From Phoronis australis (Eukaryota; Animalia; Phoronida): a stretch of 64,000 nt of DNA. The stretch covers positions 539,655 to 603,654 of the forward strand of contig NMRA01000106.1 in assembly GCA_002633005.1 (NCBI GenBank), in the 5' to 3' direction. The position numbers and the translations under genes were made by a program. The notes beneath the pieces are model-generated. The model ran no database searches. It was not told where the DNA came from and was given only the letters and a program-made list of their open reading frames with translations. Positions 11,866 to 26,600 of the stretch are shown here, piece after piece (within the stretch, counting starts at the first letter, position 1; every line of letters begins with the position of its first letter).

Positions 11866-14500
11866 ACTTGTCTACCAGAGAAGACATGAGGAGTGACATC
11901 TTTTGGTCAACAGTTGATGCTAAATCTCGCACCGTGTCTGTTTGATGGTCGGGGCAGTTATTACATCTGATCAAAGTGTGGAGAAAAGTATCGATCATGG
12001 ATACTGTGTTATGGAAGTCAAGTTTAAGTTTGGAGAAAGCCTGAAGGATCATGACGATCAGCAGGAAGTTACAAGCAAGATTTTGAAGAAACTCAATGAT
12101 GTTAGTGTTGTTGTTGTTGTTGTGTTTATTAACATTAACAGTTTGTGACGATGTTAGGTGCAGATTACAAGGAGAGTTTGACAGCACGTAAATGTGGATA
12201 TCGTAGTATTGCAGCAGTAAAGTCAAAGTGGAGTTACATATGTCGCAGGTGTTGAATACCACTGCGACATTTTTTGAAGGTGCGATAAATCCTGGTTAGG
12301 ACAATACTTGTGCGTAATGGCTTGTACAGTCAAGTGATGAACCTAGAGCTAGTCCATAAAAAATGAAAAATGCACGTTCCTACATTGTCGAGAATTAAAA
12401 AGCAAGTTTCAGTGTAGTCTTACTGCGAGTGTTAAGCCAAACTTGACGTTTTCAAACTCAATTCAGTGCTTGTGTAAGAGGATGGCTTCATTATTTGGAA
12501 GCTCTTGCATACATGAATGTTTCTGCCAACCTGAATCTCATGAAGAACAGTGCAAGACTATGAATGCTAGTACTTGAAAGTCTTTTAAACTGAACAACTG
12601 TGGTGTCTGCATTCTCAAATCAAGACAAGTGTAGACTTTCATCCAAGCCAACATGCTGTCATGAAATACGGCCTTTATCATATGAAATCGTTTGGGAATG
12701 GAATAAACTAGTTCAAAAGGTTTAAGAAGGTCGTTTGTAATAAAATGGGTCGTCACACTGGAAACCAAAACTTATATTTCAGTAAAACATATTCAGTACA
12801 TTCACACGCAACAAACGTTCCATTTAAAGAGTCCCTAGCAGTCAAATACACTGTACAGTTAATTTGGTTGTAACACATTGTGGTTAAATTACAGCAATGT
12901 TTAGAAAAGTCCCAGGAGAGTTTGTAGTAATACAGTTCGCCTGTCAGTGCGTGTGTGTGCATGTGAGTATGGATCACTAGAACTACTGTCTGGCAAACAA
13001 TTTGAGACAACTTTGAAGTGAATGTGTTGTAAAAGCGATCTTTAAATACATGTATATCTTGTTGGAGTTTTGAGATTCTTTGATTTTACAAAGAATGACT
13101 AAATAGCAAATAATCCACTCCCAAATAATAAAATTACCCACTAATTATCACAAGATCACAAAAATTTAATTATCAAACATTGTGTTCATTAAAAATGCTA
13201 ACACCATTCGCTATGTCACAAACTAACTTCAAAATGTGACATTCACAGTAATTACATATCAAAACTTTCAATAATTTATACATTTAAACACATTTCATGA
13301 CTGCCTGAACAAAATGTTTCAGATAACGTACCTTGTAACATTTTCTGTTTACAACCCAAAATCTGTTTTGTTTGGCCAAACACAAAAAAATTATAAAATC
13401 AAGTAAATACCAGGCAGCTTTCATAATTTAAATACGGTAGTCACACAATAGTGCTGTTAAAAAAAATTCGTGGAGATCCCCGTAAATTACACATCGTGAA
13501 ACACTGCATGCAAACTTTGTAAGCTCAAGAAATGTGTCTGGAATTTCCTTTCAAGCACTTTTAGCTTGAGACGTCAGCTTTTGTAGAATGTTTAAAGTCA
13601 TTTTACAGCTGAGCTCTCTGGCTAGATGGTATAAACAAAAAATCACAGACTGAAACACTTTTACAGCTGATTAAATAAATATTAAACAATATGCAAGTTT
13701 CATGTAAAATTATAACATTTATGGAAATCTGGTGATCTTTGTAAACAGTATCTCTTATCAAGAACTTAAAAATACAAGATTTCATGGATACAACTTAATG
13801 ACTCGATTCTTAGTAACAAAAGTAACAAGTTACGAGAATAAGCATAAAGCAATATTTAACACTAAAAAATACAGTTCCACTAAATGGTGAAAACTAAAAA
13901 CAGGTAGATTTCCACAAAAATGCAGATTTTAAGTTGATTCTGTAACAAAATGCTGTTAATAGTCTCATCATTCATTTGCACCTGACACCATGAAGTCCAC
14001 ATACTCCTTATGCAAGCATTAAGTGCTTTTCGAAAAAAAAAATGATGTCAGTACACCCTCTACTAGACATCAACAATACAACTCTGAGATCACCACTTGA
14101 TGAGTTCAAAGCTGCATATCTCTGTTTAGCTGGTTAAAAAGGAAACTGCAATTGGCCGTTTTACTCATCATCAAATCGACAATTTTTCTGACCATGATGA
14201 CACTATTTTATTTCCGTTACCAACAAGAACAGTGAACAATCAGCAACTCACGAAAACACATTAACATTTATTGAGGTTGGCCAACTCTAATTGCAAATTC
14301 CAAAATGGCGCAATGTACACACTGTCAGCGACTTGGGTTGCTGGTTCATTCAGCAACAATTCATGGTCAGATGAACGCAATGTTTTTAAACCCCTGAATG
14401 CTTTGATTATGAATATTAAATGGACGGCTAAACAGGAGCGAAATTATCCTTAACATCATTCTTTTCATCTGAGTGTGTTGGATTTCATCATGGAGAACAC

Positions 14501-14657
14501 TTATCGATCAACAACAATGATTTGGTCTCCATCCATGAAATTGTATCGACTCATGGGTAAAGAATCAAGACGTAGTTCGTCCAACTGCCGTTCTTCTCCT
14601 GGTACGTATTCCCGGTCGTGTCCCTCACTACATGGATTATGGAACATCAGGAAATGC
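14501..14657 (-). CDS. TBCEL: TBCEL coding exon 9 (terminal)
   Basis: gttttag|(R)HFLMFH..LPMSRYNFMDGDQIIVVDR*. Confidence 0.85.
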
Positions 14658-17600
14658 CTAAAACAGTTGTTAAGTCAATGCAGTGATTCTATGTGTATAT
14701 TCAAGTTTCTACAGGAAGGTTACATGGGATCTGAAAAGGAGTGTTCTTATTGAGAAACAAACAACAAGTTGGTTGGAAGAGTATAGTCAGTAGCTTTTCA
14801 GGATCGGGTCACAACTTGGATATCTGTGCCAGAGTTGCACCAATGGATTTGGAGTTTGCACGTAACATAATACTCACATATATTCCTATGAATACTATGT
14901 ATCACACTCATAAAAAATTAAAGAAACAAGCAACTAGGCATGATTTGGAAATAACTGATACAATATGCTTCCCACAGTGCTCTCGATTTTGCAACTAAAT
15001 ATTGATAACGTGTGGTGGATGAACAGCATTTTAATAAAAAATAATATAATGAAAGCGCTCTGAGGAGCGACACTTGGCAAGTGAGGTGGATGAAGAAACC
15101 AAGAACATCAACAGCCATGGCCTCTATTGGTAAACCATTAAAAGAGCTTGAGGAATCAGTCAATAAATGACAATCATCATATCTGAATAACATAAGAATG
15201 GTAAGTTGTAGCAAGAAACCAATCACACACATTATAGTAGATTGCCCATGAGGAGATCTATTTACATACCACATTTGGTCAATAGATGGCGAACCTAATC
15301 TGAAGAATTGCCATAACATCGCCAACTCTAATTTTGCTTAAAACAAAAACGGTCGAGTTATTGACTAGATAAATAATGAGCGTAAATTTCATGTCAATCA
15401 GACGAACAATGTGATCCCCTAGCATGATAATAGGTGAACAAATCAGCAAATATCAAGTATCTCGAGAACAGAAAATTGTAATAGAAATGGCTTTCACACT
15501 TCTCAAAGTGCTTGAAAAGATCTTTCCACATACATGTACCAAATTTCATACAAATCTGTCACGGGACACTGAAGATACAGCACAAAAACTGACGATTAAT
15601 GGGAGAACAATCAACAGAAAATCTTGAACAATTTAAGAATAATAAGTCTTAGAGAAAAACAAATAGCACATTTCCGATAGCTTGTGAAATAGCCTATCCA
15701 AGAAAGTATTAAGAAAGTCCCTCTAGAGACAACAGAGCTATGGTGCCATAACCCAAAAAAGTGAAAAATGGACATCAGAGTGCCATTTTGCATCCCATTT
15801 CAACCCAAAAAATAGACTTAGAGCTAATTACGTTACACGTTTTGTGAAAATTACACCCAAATCTGATTAGAAATGCTACCTGTAGACAAAGAAACAAAAA
15901 AGCAACAAATTTCATGGCAAAGCAACAGGCTTGGATGAACTTGTCATTTCCTGCATTAACCTCCATACTGATGCGCCATACTGGAGCCAATCACATGTAC
16001 CATACGGATGCCATAGCGAGGGATGTTCACAACAAAGAAAGATATGAATATACTTTGTATATAATTATACATGACAAATACAGTTCATTGCACCTTATAG
16101 TGGCTAGTAATTGAAGTGTACATATTTTGTTTCATCTGAGTACGATTCATAATACATCCAGTGTAGACAATAAGCACAAAATGAGATTTGGAGGTCTCTG
16201 ACCAGGGTAATTATGAATTCAGCCACTGAACTGATTACCACATAACATCTAGAAGACGCAGGTGGATATTTCTTTTATTCAAACTGTGCATGAGTAAACA
16301 AAATCTGACAGGCTATCCCTGAGTTCAAACTTGGATTGCATGGACAGCAGGTTATGTAGGAACTTAATGACAAGAAAGTGAGTGTATTACCTAAAAAACT
16401 AAAAGTAACAGTAAAAGTGTTATTTTCTAAAGCTTCTATAAAACCTTTGGAATCTGATTTTCGACATTTTACTTACAATCTGTCGAAAGGTACATTGATA
16501 GTAAAACAGTGGTATCAATTATATTGACCAACTCCTGTTTGATATAAATACTCAAGATGTAATCTCAAAAGAGTTAGTTTTGAAAAGACTTTTATTTTTA
16601 TTTTATGCAAGTTTCGACTTTTTGATGAATAAAGTCATATTTTTGAAAAACCCTCATGCAAAAGTGGAACATTTTAAAAAGTATCGTCTTTTACAAAGTT
16701 TTGTAGAACAGAGCTAAATCATAGTATCACAGTTTCAGATGAATTCAACCATCCACTTCTGAGATATAATAACCTGAAGTGAAACTGTACAGTATTCTAT
16801 AGTCTTAAATAATCTTCCACTTCAGCGCTACCACCTACATGGGAACATGAGTTCCTTAGAGAACAAAAGCCACTTTTTGTTCTATTTTAAATTAATTGAG
16901 CAACCACACAACTTACTCACTGAACAAGGTTAGAATTACATGAGCGAACAAAGATGAAATACAAATTTTTTTCAGTCCAGGAATATTATATTTGGCCAAT
17001 GGAATAGCAATTAACATCAGAAATACATCCTGGATAACAGACAAATCTCATTTTCAGACTGTAAAGTAACAGCAATAGCATACAACTTTTGAAACTGCAC
17101 TTAAAGTAATCTTATGGTAGATACCTGAGGAGGAGGCCGATAGTTTTTGATACGTAAATTCTCAGTTTTCCCACTGGCTCCGTAACATGTACTCTTGTCC
17201 GCTGGACGTGTTGGCCATTGTAGAGTATGTCCATCTCTGCCCACTCTTGAAAACCAAAGCCAATATCCACATCAACTAGCTGGTTCATTTTACCTACGAA
17301 AGCAAAAAATATTCACAGTAATTACGAAAACTACTAAAAGTACTTATTATATTTATTTGAAGGTCATCCTTAAAAGGTCTTTTGTTCAGATTCTATTTCA
17401 ATGCTCTTCAGAGGGCTTGGTAGTTGAAAAAAATACTTTATGTCAGTGGTGCATTTTGAAAATTGCTCATGTTTCATCAACAGCAGAGTTATTGCAATCT
17501 AATCCATCTCGCCTCAATGCAATCGGAGACACCAGGTGGTACTATCCAATAAGTCAGAAATTAATGAGTAATGCGACCAGATAAGGTTAATTTTATGAGA

Positions 17601-20600
17601 AGAAATACTGCAACTTTGTAATTCCTAGCTCCATGTAATTGTGAAGAGTCACTATATACAACATTACAGATGAATTAAATAACCTTTGATGGCATAGCTT
17701 AAACAATGTTACATGGTTGTATCATTATTTTGTGCTAATTTCACTGCAGCAATCAAGTTCTATTAAAGAAATTTTTTCAGTTTTAAGGGCACAAATGCCT
17801 TTTGGGTATAACTTGGATGGGACAGACTTCTTGAAGTTATTAGCTTTGAGCAGAGCTACAAAACAACATAATCCCTTCTTTTTACGAAATTTATTATAAA
17901 TGACCAATGCTCGCTGTTGTCTGTAAGACATTCACTGAAATCAAGCCGGTCTTGTCATTCAAATACACATAACATACTCTGCTGCTTGTCTCAAGGGCAA
18001 AGTGTCCAGCTGCTACTACAGAGCGAGCGAATTCAACTCCACACTACTTCACAATTTATATTAACTTACATTTATCCACTCAAACTAAAACAAATGATTC
18101 AGAATTTAAGTCAGAATGAACTGAAACAGTCCTCTGCTTCAACTGTCATTCTTCAGTTCCACAATAAAGCAAACTAAATAAAATATTTCCACAGGCGAAA
18201 TCACGGTAGGTATAATCTCAAGTTACCATGTTTGTCTTGAAGCTTGTGGAATGTAGTTGGTTGGTTATCCTGTTCCAGGAAGAAGCGAATAAAATGTCGC
18301 TCCGCCTTGTCCCGTTCAGTGCATGTAACCTCGCTACTGTTCAGAAACTGAATATTGGGCAAACTGGAAGAAAGCAGATCCTGCGACTGACGGTTAGGGA
18401 TACGTTTTTTCAAAGCTGGTGAGTCTAGTCATAGCTGTGATGGCCGGCACATGTTGCAAGACAATGCTGCATTTTTGTGAGCATGGAACCTTGTGATGTA
18501 AATGCTATAGTACGGTAGTTCACATTCAACTTGAAAGCCCACCTTCATAAACAACAATTAATGATTTTTTTGCAATTAAAAATATATTGAAGATTAAAGT
18601 CTTAGCTATGACCAAACTTATGATATTTGATAAAACCGGCTCCAAATGAGTAATTTGGATAGAAAATTCATTTGTGGCTAATAGTCGGTGGGCCAGATCT
18701 CATAGCGTTCATCCTTGTGAGTACTTTCGGGGGGCAACCTAGTTTTTTCTATGTGGCTAGATAATATACCTATAAACCAAATTCCAAAAAGTTCCCACGT
18801 CTACACTTGCACATTTTTTTAAAAAAAGGTGTTTTTGTTGCACAAAATTTGATGCACATTCCTGCCACTTGATGGCGCTTTTCTATTGAATTGACCAATC
18901 AGAGAGCCAGATTGTATTGTTGTGCTTAGTTACTTCAATATGGCTGCTCCCATGGAGTGTGATGCCTGTATAATTCAAGGTTTATCAAACAGCACAAAAT
19001 TGTGATGTCAGAGCCTAAAGAAGCTTAGGAAAGCTTCCTGACGAAAGCTGATTGACTGTGGAACTCTGTAGATCAGTAGATCAAAAAGAAGAAGAGGTGT
19101 CACAAACGTTTGTGCAGAAAACAGCTGCATGTCCTGGTGTAGCCTACACAGTATACTGCTGAGTGCTGTAGACTAGAAGACCAAGTGTTAGACCAGAAAA
19201 TTGAAAGGACATAGAACGGCATAGCAACGTTTCAAGGCACCAACAGTAGTACTAAAGCTGAAGTTGCTGAAAGTGATACAGATGTTATCCAAGATTTCTC
19301 AAGAAAATCAATTATATTTCCAAAATCTGAAACACCCAATTAACCTGAACAAGATAGGAACATTCTGAAACATGAGTGCATCATTTGTTAGCAGGAAAAG
19401 TACATTATGGGCCACATTTCAAGAAAGAGAAAGAAGTATAGCTTTCAAAAACAGGTACGTGTTTTTGAAAAATACATATTGGTGTTTTCCATGTGTGTTT
19501 CAGTATTATCACCAGTTGTTTTTTAACTTGTTCAGCCCCTTGGCTGCCTAGGCCTTAGACAATACTGCTGACCAAGTAGAGTCGATGATCATACCATAGG
19601 TACTCCATATGCCGGATACTTTTCGGCAAATTATGTTCCTATAAGTTTAGAAGTACCGCGTAGAGAGATGCCTCTGAGGAGGTCGCTAATGTTTTCATTT
19701 GTTCCCAGTTTAAACAAATACTCCTGCAATCCTGTTTTTCGAACACTTCATTCAGTTGCCACATCTACACTGCTTGCGCTAAGGAATAATCCTATGGCGT
19801 TATATACTGTGGGTGTGATTTTAAAGCACTTCAAGTCAAACATTTTTGAGAAGGTTAAATGGAGTAGATGGTTGCAAACAACATGCCCAAGTGGCCGTCA
19901 TCCCCTGCCGTAGTCTCAATTTTTTGTAAACATTAATTACTTAGGTAGGTGCAATGATAATTAAATTAAAGTGCCTAAGTGGCCATCGTCGCCGTCAAAA
20001 TTTGAGGACGATGGAAGCCACTGTTCATTTTGTCAAACGTCGATTACCTTAAGTGTAAATTGATTGACTATGGTTTGAGCATCTGATTTAAAAAAATTAA
20101 ATTTCAATCACTGCACTGGTATATCAGCTGATTTATTTTCAGTTGCATCAACTGATCTAATTATTAGACGATCAACATTATTAGGCTACAGATCAGACGG
20201 CATGTAAATTTGTTAGGCTGGTGGTGGATCAGTGCCTGATAAGTCCGTCTGAAAAAGTTGCATGCCAACTCACTCATAGTTGAATGTTAAGTTAGTGTTA
20301 ACAGTTTGGGTTTTTTTCGTTGGACTTGTATCGCAAGCAACAGCTCAGTCCAGAGCCCTGAATATGCAAATGAAATTCAAAGATAAAGACCTTGTGTCTT
20401 AGAAGCCAAGTACCACAGATCATCATGCTATAAAAAATAGAAAGACAACGATTGTGAAGAGTGACGAATTCACAGTTTTCAGAGATGTTTTTCTACAGTT
20501 TTGTTTGGAGTTCATTGAATCGAAGCTTCTAACACAAGGAGATGTCATTTGCCTTTCAAAACTAAAGCAAGACTTTGAAGCTGTTCTTCAGAAAGCTGGT

Positions 20601-23600
20601 GTGCATGAAGTTATTTGGACAGGCAATCTTAAGAAATATTGTTGAAGCTACTCACTGTTGTAGTTTGTGCCCGACTAAGAGATACGAAAGTGAATTGAGG
20701 CTAGTGTTCAATAATTCACTTGCTGACTCTAATTAACACAGCCCATTATAACATATTTTGAATCAAACGTTTGCCCAAATAGTGCCCGCCTCCAAACAAG
20801 GACTTAGTGTTTGACCCTTCATTGCCTGCGGGCTAATCACCAGTGTGCAGTGTTGTACCCTCTCTAATCGACCATAGTTGGCCCCTTGGCGGTGGAGCTT
20901 TGCAGTTAATGTGTATGGCAATGACCGCATCTCCATTGACAGAAGGCTGCAAGTGCAAAAAGAACATGTGTGCTGGGAAACTGAGTTTGCGCTGCAATGC
21001 TGGGTCAAACTGTACAGAAATGTGCAGCTGTGACAACTGTAGTAACATCAGCAACACTGACTGCATAACATTAGATAGTTCTTTGACAAGTAACCCTAAA
21101 TAGCCCTCCAACCTTACCCCGTTATCTCCTTTTTTGTATTAAAAAGTTAATTTTATTTGTTGAGTAAGTCATAGAAAGTACATACTTTGATCATTGTCAT
21201 GTATTTGTCTCACACTGCTTGATAAACGCTGTCAGAATAATCTATTATTTTCATACAGTCTTTGTGCACATTCACAGAGATCATTCAACTGTATTGTTTT
21301 TGTACTATAACGTATTTCTGGTGTATTATGCAAACAAGCTGTATTTTACACTATTAGTCAATGTTTTAGTCATTGAGGCACAAATTTTGCCCAGTCTCAA
21401 GTGTTTTGTGTTATTTTTATTGCCTGACATTGCCAGAATAACTTCCTTCAAGTTGTAACATTCAGACTTAGTTTGCATTTTTGCCACTAGGTGTCTCTTT
21501 ACGTTTTTTAAATTTCACTGTTTACAATTAATTTACAATAGTAAAACGTGTAATGTGAGTTTAATATTGTTCAATACAATGGCACTGATGGGACCATATT
21601 ACTTGTATTACAAAAGTCACCAAAACTGTTGTTTTTACAAATATAAGTTTACTAAGCTCTTTGGTGATTACTATGTAACTTCGAACTCAAATTTCTCAAA
21701 AATGTGCAACTTTATATGTGGGAACTTTTTAGATTTTGAAAACACTCTAATAAATGAATTAAAAAACACCAAAATAAAATTGCCCCCCTAAAGTACTCAC
21801 AAAAACCATTTTCTAGAGGCCCTACAAAATCTGGCCCACCGACTATAAGGTACTAATCCTGGTCAAGGTTAACATGTGATCATGGGATCAACATCACTAC
21901 AAGCAAGAGAAGCAAGATTTGCATTTACCCAAATGACTAATTCAGGTTACGGAATTGCATATTAACTAGTTCAAGAGTTAAGATAAAAATGCCAGATAAA
22001 ACAAGAGCTTGCTGCCGATGAATAAGTAACTAAATGCACTTTCACTTTTGGGGGTTAAAGTTGACATTCCCTAAGACATGGAGTTCTCATAAAAGTTCCA
22101 ATCATATATTATACTTAACAAGTGTTTGACGATGTGCTAAATAACTAAACATGCTTGATTAAATGAAAATTTGCGAACACATGGTGAAAACCTTTAGCCA
22201 AACATGGATGTCAAGCTGAACGAATTGGCATAGCCATGTCATGAAGAAGCCAGATACTAGTCTCAGTAATACAATACATTTAAATTACTTGATGTTGAAT
22301 TTCAGTACTTATTTCTGAAACTAACACAAAACACTTTTTAGGCAGCTAAATTAACCCCTGCTGCATGTCTTACCTTGCAATGAAGAGTTTTCTTCTATCT
22401 TCCTCTGGGACTGTCTTTGCCAGGGATATCCCCTGAGTTCAGAGAAAAGGAAGACATTGTAAGCCACAATAAAATGAGCATTGTTCCTCATAATGTTTCC
22501 AACATATTACAAACTACATAGCAGAGTATCCTGAAAAATGCTGTGGATATTGGGGTCAATCCATTTTGGCAAATATTTCATCATTAATGCATCACGTATT
22601 GATACTAAGTACCATTGTCTATCAGTTTTAAAATGTACTGATCTTACTTCTAATCTGTTTACATCAACTGGCACGATGTTTCGGATTGTCATGTCTCCAG
22701 CCACCTTCAGGTGTTATAGCATTTTTAGAAGATCAAGCACAGGTATGTGGTTCCCTCCCTGATGATGGGTCAATGTGACCACTTGTCAGAATTTTTGTAT
22801 TTATCCTTGGGTAAGGCAGAATTTGAATTGGGAACCATTCGTTTGTAAGACGTCAAGCAGTCTAAATAGTAGACTCATTGACCACCACAAGTGAAGCATA
22901 TGCTTCTAAGAATGCTGTACGTACACCAGAAGATGGTCAGAGAAATGACCACCTGAAATGTCGCACGTGCCAATGTAAACACTAGGCTAAAAGTTGGTGT
23001 AAATAACCTTGTAAGCCAACTGGCACGCAAAGATACACTTCAACACATAAGACACTAATCTACAAAGGCGAACTTCTTGAGATGCCAACATCAATAGTCT
23101 TATGTCTGTTCCTTCTAAAAATTAGCCATCAAGTTTCTAATTTGTGCAAGAAACAAGTTGTGACCAAGTTTACAATTATAAGGGTCCAATTCAAAAAGAT
23201 GGTAATTTTGAGATCAAAAATCCATCCACACATGATGGTATATCTGCTGTACTTTAAGTAAACGTCTTGTCACAGCTTTTCTAGACTTTCAAAAATTGCG
23301 CAGAAATACAACTATTTCAACCTGCAAATTTACAGTTTTTACTAAATGAGCGTATGAACCATAGATGGACTTTCCAAATTTGCCCTAGATGAAAGCTTTT
23401 AACAGGAGTGTTGTACCAGATGGCTTTTGATACTGTACCAGTATGTAAGACAGATCCATTAAATACAGAATGTAGCATACAGAGGCCTGAAATTCTGTTT
23501 TCTAGGCAAAAGTGTGAAATAAGATATATGTAACAGGAGTGACTTTTTCAACAAGGCATCACAAGTAATGCATGATGGTAACTGCTGTCTCTACTACACA

Positions 23601-26600
23601 GTGCCGGGATCTAAATCTCGAATGTGTAATGGCTGGTTTGTGTCTTGTGATATAATGCTAAATCATGTGGCAGGTATACATAAATAGCAGAGTAGCCAAT
23701 AATGTAATGCCATTATTTACTAAAGATACAGCGTATTTTATCTTGCCTCCTTTACTTTTTTGGCAGTCACTTCAAAATAACCTGCCATCGGATGTTTTAA
23801 CATTTTCACAGTCCTTACAGAAGATGGGGACAGTTAAAACAAGATGTTACTATGAAGCAAGAATTGGCCGTGTTATCAAGAGCAGTGATTTCTGACACAC
23901 AGCATAATCAAAGACAATTTTTACTTTGTTTCGAAACCAGACTTTTGGAAGAAGTACTGTTATGAAATGGGGCATTCACATGTCAATTTATTTGATAGAC
24001 TACTTTTTAGGAATTGGAAGCAAATCAACTACATGCAAGCCAACGGAAAACAGACAAAATTACCAGGGCTATATTTCACATCCATGACTGCTGAGCACAA
24101 ACAAATTACGTGCAATAACAGTAGCATAAGAATGTCATTGACCGTCATAGTAGCCGTCTGTCGGGCCAGGTCATTCAACGGAAAGCTAAAGAAATGGAAG
24201 CTATTTGCACTTCCCACACGTAATGTGATTAACACAGGTTACCAATACCAGTCCACTGTAATTACTTCTGAGTAACCTAATAGAACTATTTGCTCTTCCT
24301 ATGGCTTGGATATGATCAACTGTACACAAACCTCTCTAAACTGTTGAACTGTGTGATTAACATACTCAGGTAACCAACGCACTGTTAGTAATTATTTCCG
24401 AGTAACCTAATAGAAGGTGTAATTATTTAGTTTAATTGCAATTTTCATGTGGTCCTTTGCTAGCTACACTATGTACAAGATCCAGAGTCACTATCAGCAC
24501 ACTTGAAGTCATGCGCAGCTCACAATTGTTGTTAATATTTTGTGCCTGCAATATTTTGTTATTCATATATTATGATCAGACATCGGTTTGACAATTTGTT
24601 CATGGCATTCCTGGTTTGGAAGTATCTCCAGTTTGTTTATTTAGGGTAGCGCTTGTACACCTACACAGATACCCTATGTTGAACACAATGGATGTTTTAG
24701 AATTCTCAAAATGAGAAGAGCACCAATTTGAGTTGGTATACTGTATTAACTTGCACCGAAGTAGTCATCTTGTGAAGTTTAATCACAGTTTCAAAGACAT
24801 GCGATTATTTGCTGTGTCATCGGAGAACACGCGACATCGTCACATCATGATGAATTCTAAATCAAGCTTATGCCAGTGCATGACAAATTTTTGGCACAAA
24901 ATAAGCCAGGGTTCATTCAGTTGGCTGCTTCGGTGTGTTATTTGTTGACAGTTCTTTCCACCCACCCTCACAAGAAGTTTTTCATTAAGAATTTTGAGCA
25001 TACTACTTGAAATGCAGTGTTAGATGAATCGTCAGTGTCTCGTCTTGAATTTGTGACAGGGTCTGGCAACATTGTTAATAGTGCACTTTTAATCCAGTGG
25101 ATCAAATGTCATGTTCCCACAACTGTGCTTCTTGGGATTCAGGTAGTGTGAATTGTTCAGTGTAGTCATGCTTGCAAAGTGCATGGCAATGTTCACGAGG
25201 ACAACCCTCCTCTCTTTGGAAAACATTGAGCCTATGTATGCAGTTTTTAAATCATTGCCAGGTTTATTTGAGACTACGAGTTCTAGTGACAGGCTTTGGT
25301 CATATACAAGGGTTAAATATCCACAAAGAGCTATCAAAGTTGTTGACATCATGTCGCTAAGAGCGCTGCACACGAGAACATCAGAAAATAAGTCAACATT
25401 CTCAATTACTTTATACAACTGAGTATTGGTGGCATTGGGAACTTGTGTTATGATATGTCATTTACAGTCGGAATTATATAAAAAATTCCTCAAGCACACC
25501 TGACCATCAAAACATAATTATGTGGAAACAGTATTTTACCTGGCTGGTTTCTTTCACACCTACTGCGAAAAGCACTGACTGGGAGTCAACAAGTGAGTAT
25601 GCTTCCCGAATTTATTTTTCATTTGATAATTCCCGCGAAGCTATAACTAAGTTGGCCAAGTGGCTTTACAATTTAGCTTAACCACCAGAATTTGCCATTT
25701 GGCAATTTGGTGACGGAGTTGACTACCGACAACCTAGCAAAAAGAGTGCTTTTTGTTCTGGCCCCCACATAAAAATTTACAGTTAGTAGTGCTGATGGTA
25801 AACCACCATTGAATTTGTCATGTAGAGACTCTCTCAACAGACCCATCCAACCTTTGCGTTTTGAGGTTATGCCTGTTCCAACTTGTTTGTGACTTTAAAC
25901 CTCCCAAGAAAGATTACTTACTTTGAGCCTGACAGAGGACAGCGATGGGAAATCAACCAAAGCCTCCAGGTGTTGCCAGTTGTCAAGTTGAGTTTCACTA
26001 ACACACAAAACCGACAAACTTTGGAAAGGAATGACTTCGTTTGAACAATTTTCTTGAGTTTCCGATACATTCTGTTCATATATCTCACAACTGTGATAAG
26101 TCGACTGTTGACTATCCTCAGTATCTCCAATCTTAACATCCTGCTGACTACCACACGTCTCCCCACTCTTGACATCAAGTTGAATTTTCTTTTTGTAACG
26201 TTCTGTAACACTATTAACAGCCTCTTCAGTCGTGAAGCACAGAAAGTCTTCGATTTCTGAAATCAACTGATTACACTTCTTCATTTCCCATTCAGTCACC
26301 TTTCTGCCCAGTGAAGTGTGGTAAAATATGTTTTCCAAAGGGTTCTTGGAAAGCACTAGAGATCGAAGTTGATTTAAACTGTGAAGTTTCCATATTTCTT
26401 CCCACCTGAAGAAAAAAGAAATATGACAAAGTTCTTAAAATGGTTTTTGTCTTCTTGGTTGAAGGAACGGCTGTACTTTTTGTTAGCCAGCTGAATATAT
26501 TTTCGCTTGTAATCTCTATACAATCTCCCCTCTTCAGCTGTGCGTTAATGAAGCAAAACATAACAGACAAACAAGTTGTTATGATAAGGTGAAAGTTAAA

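Noticed and set aside
11840-12262. Nested ORFs downstream of the SNRNP25 stop
   Set aside because: No recognisable motifs or splice support; includes a (GTT)n microsatellite; probably 3'UTR.
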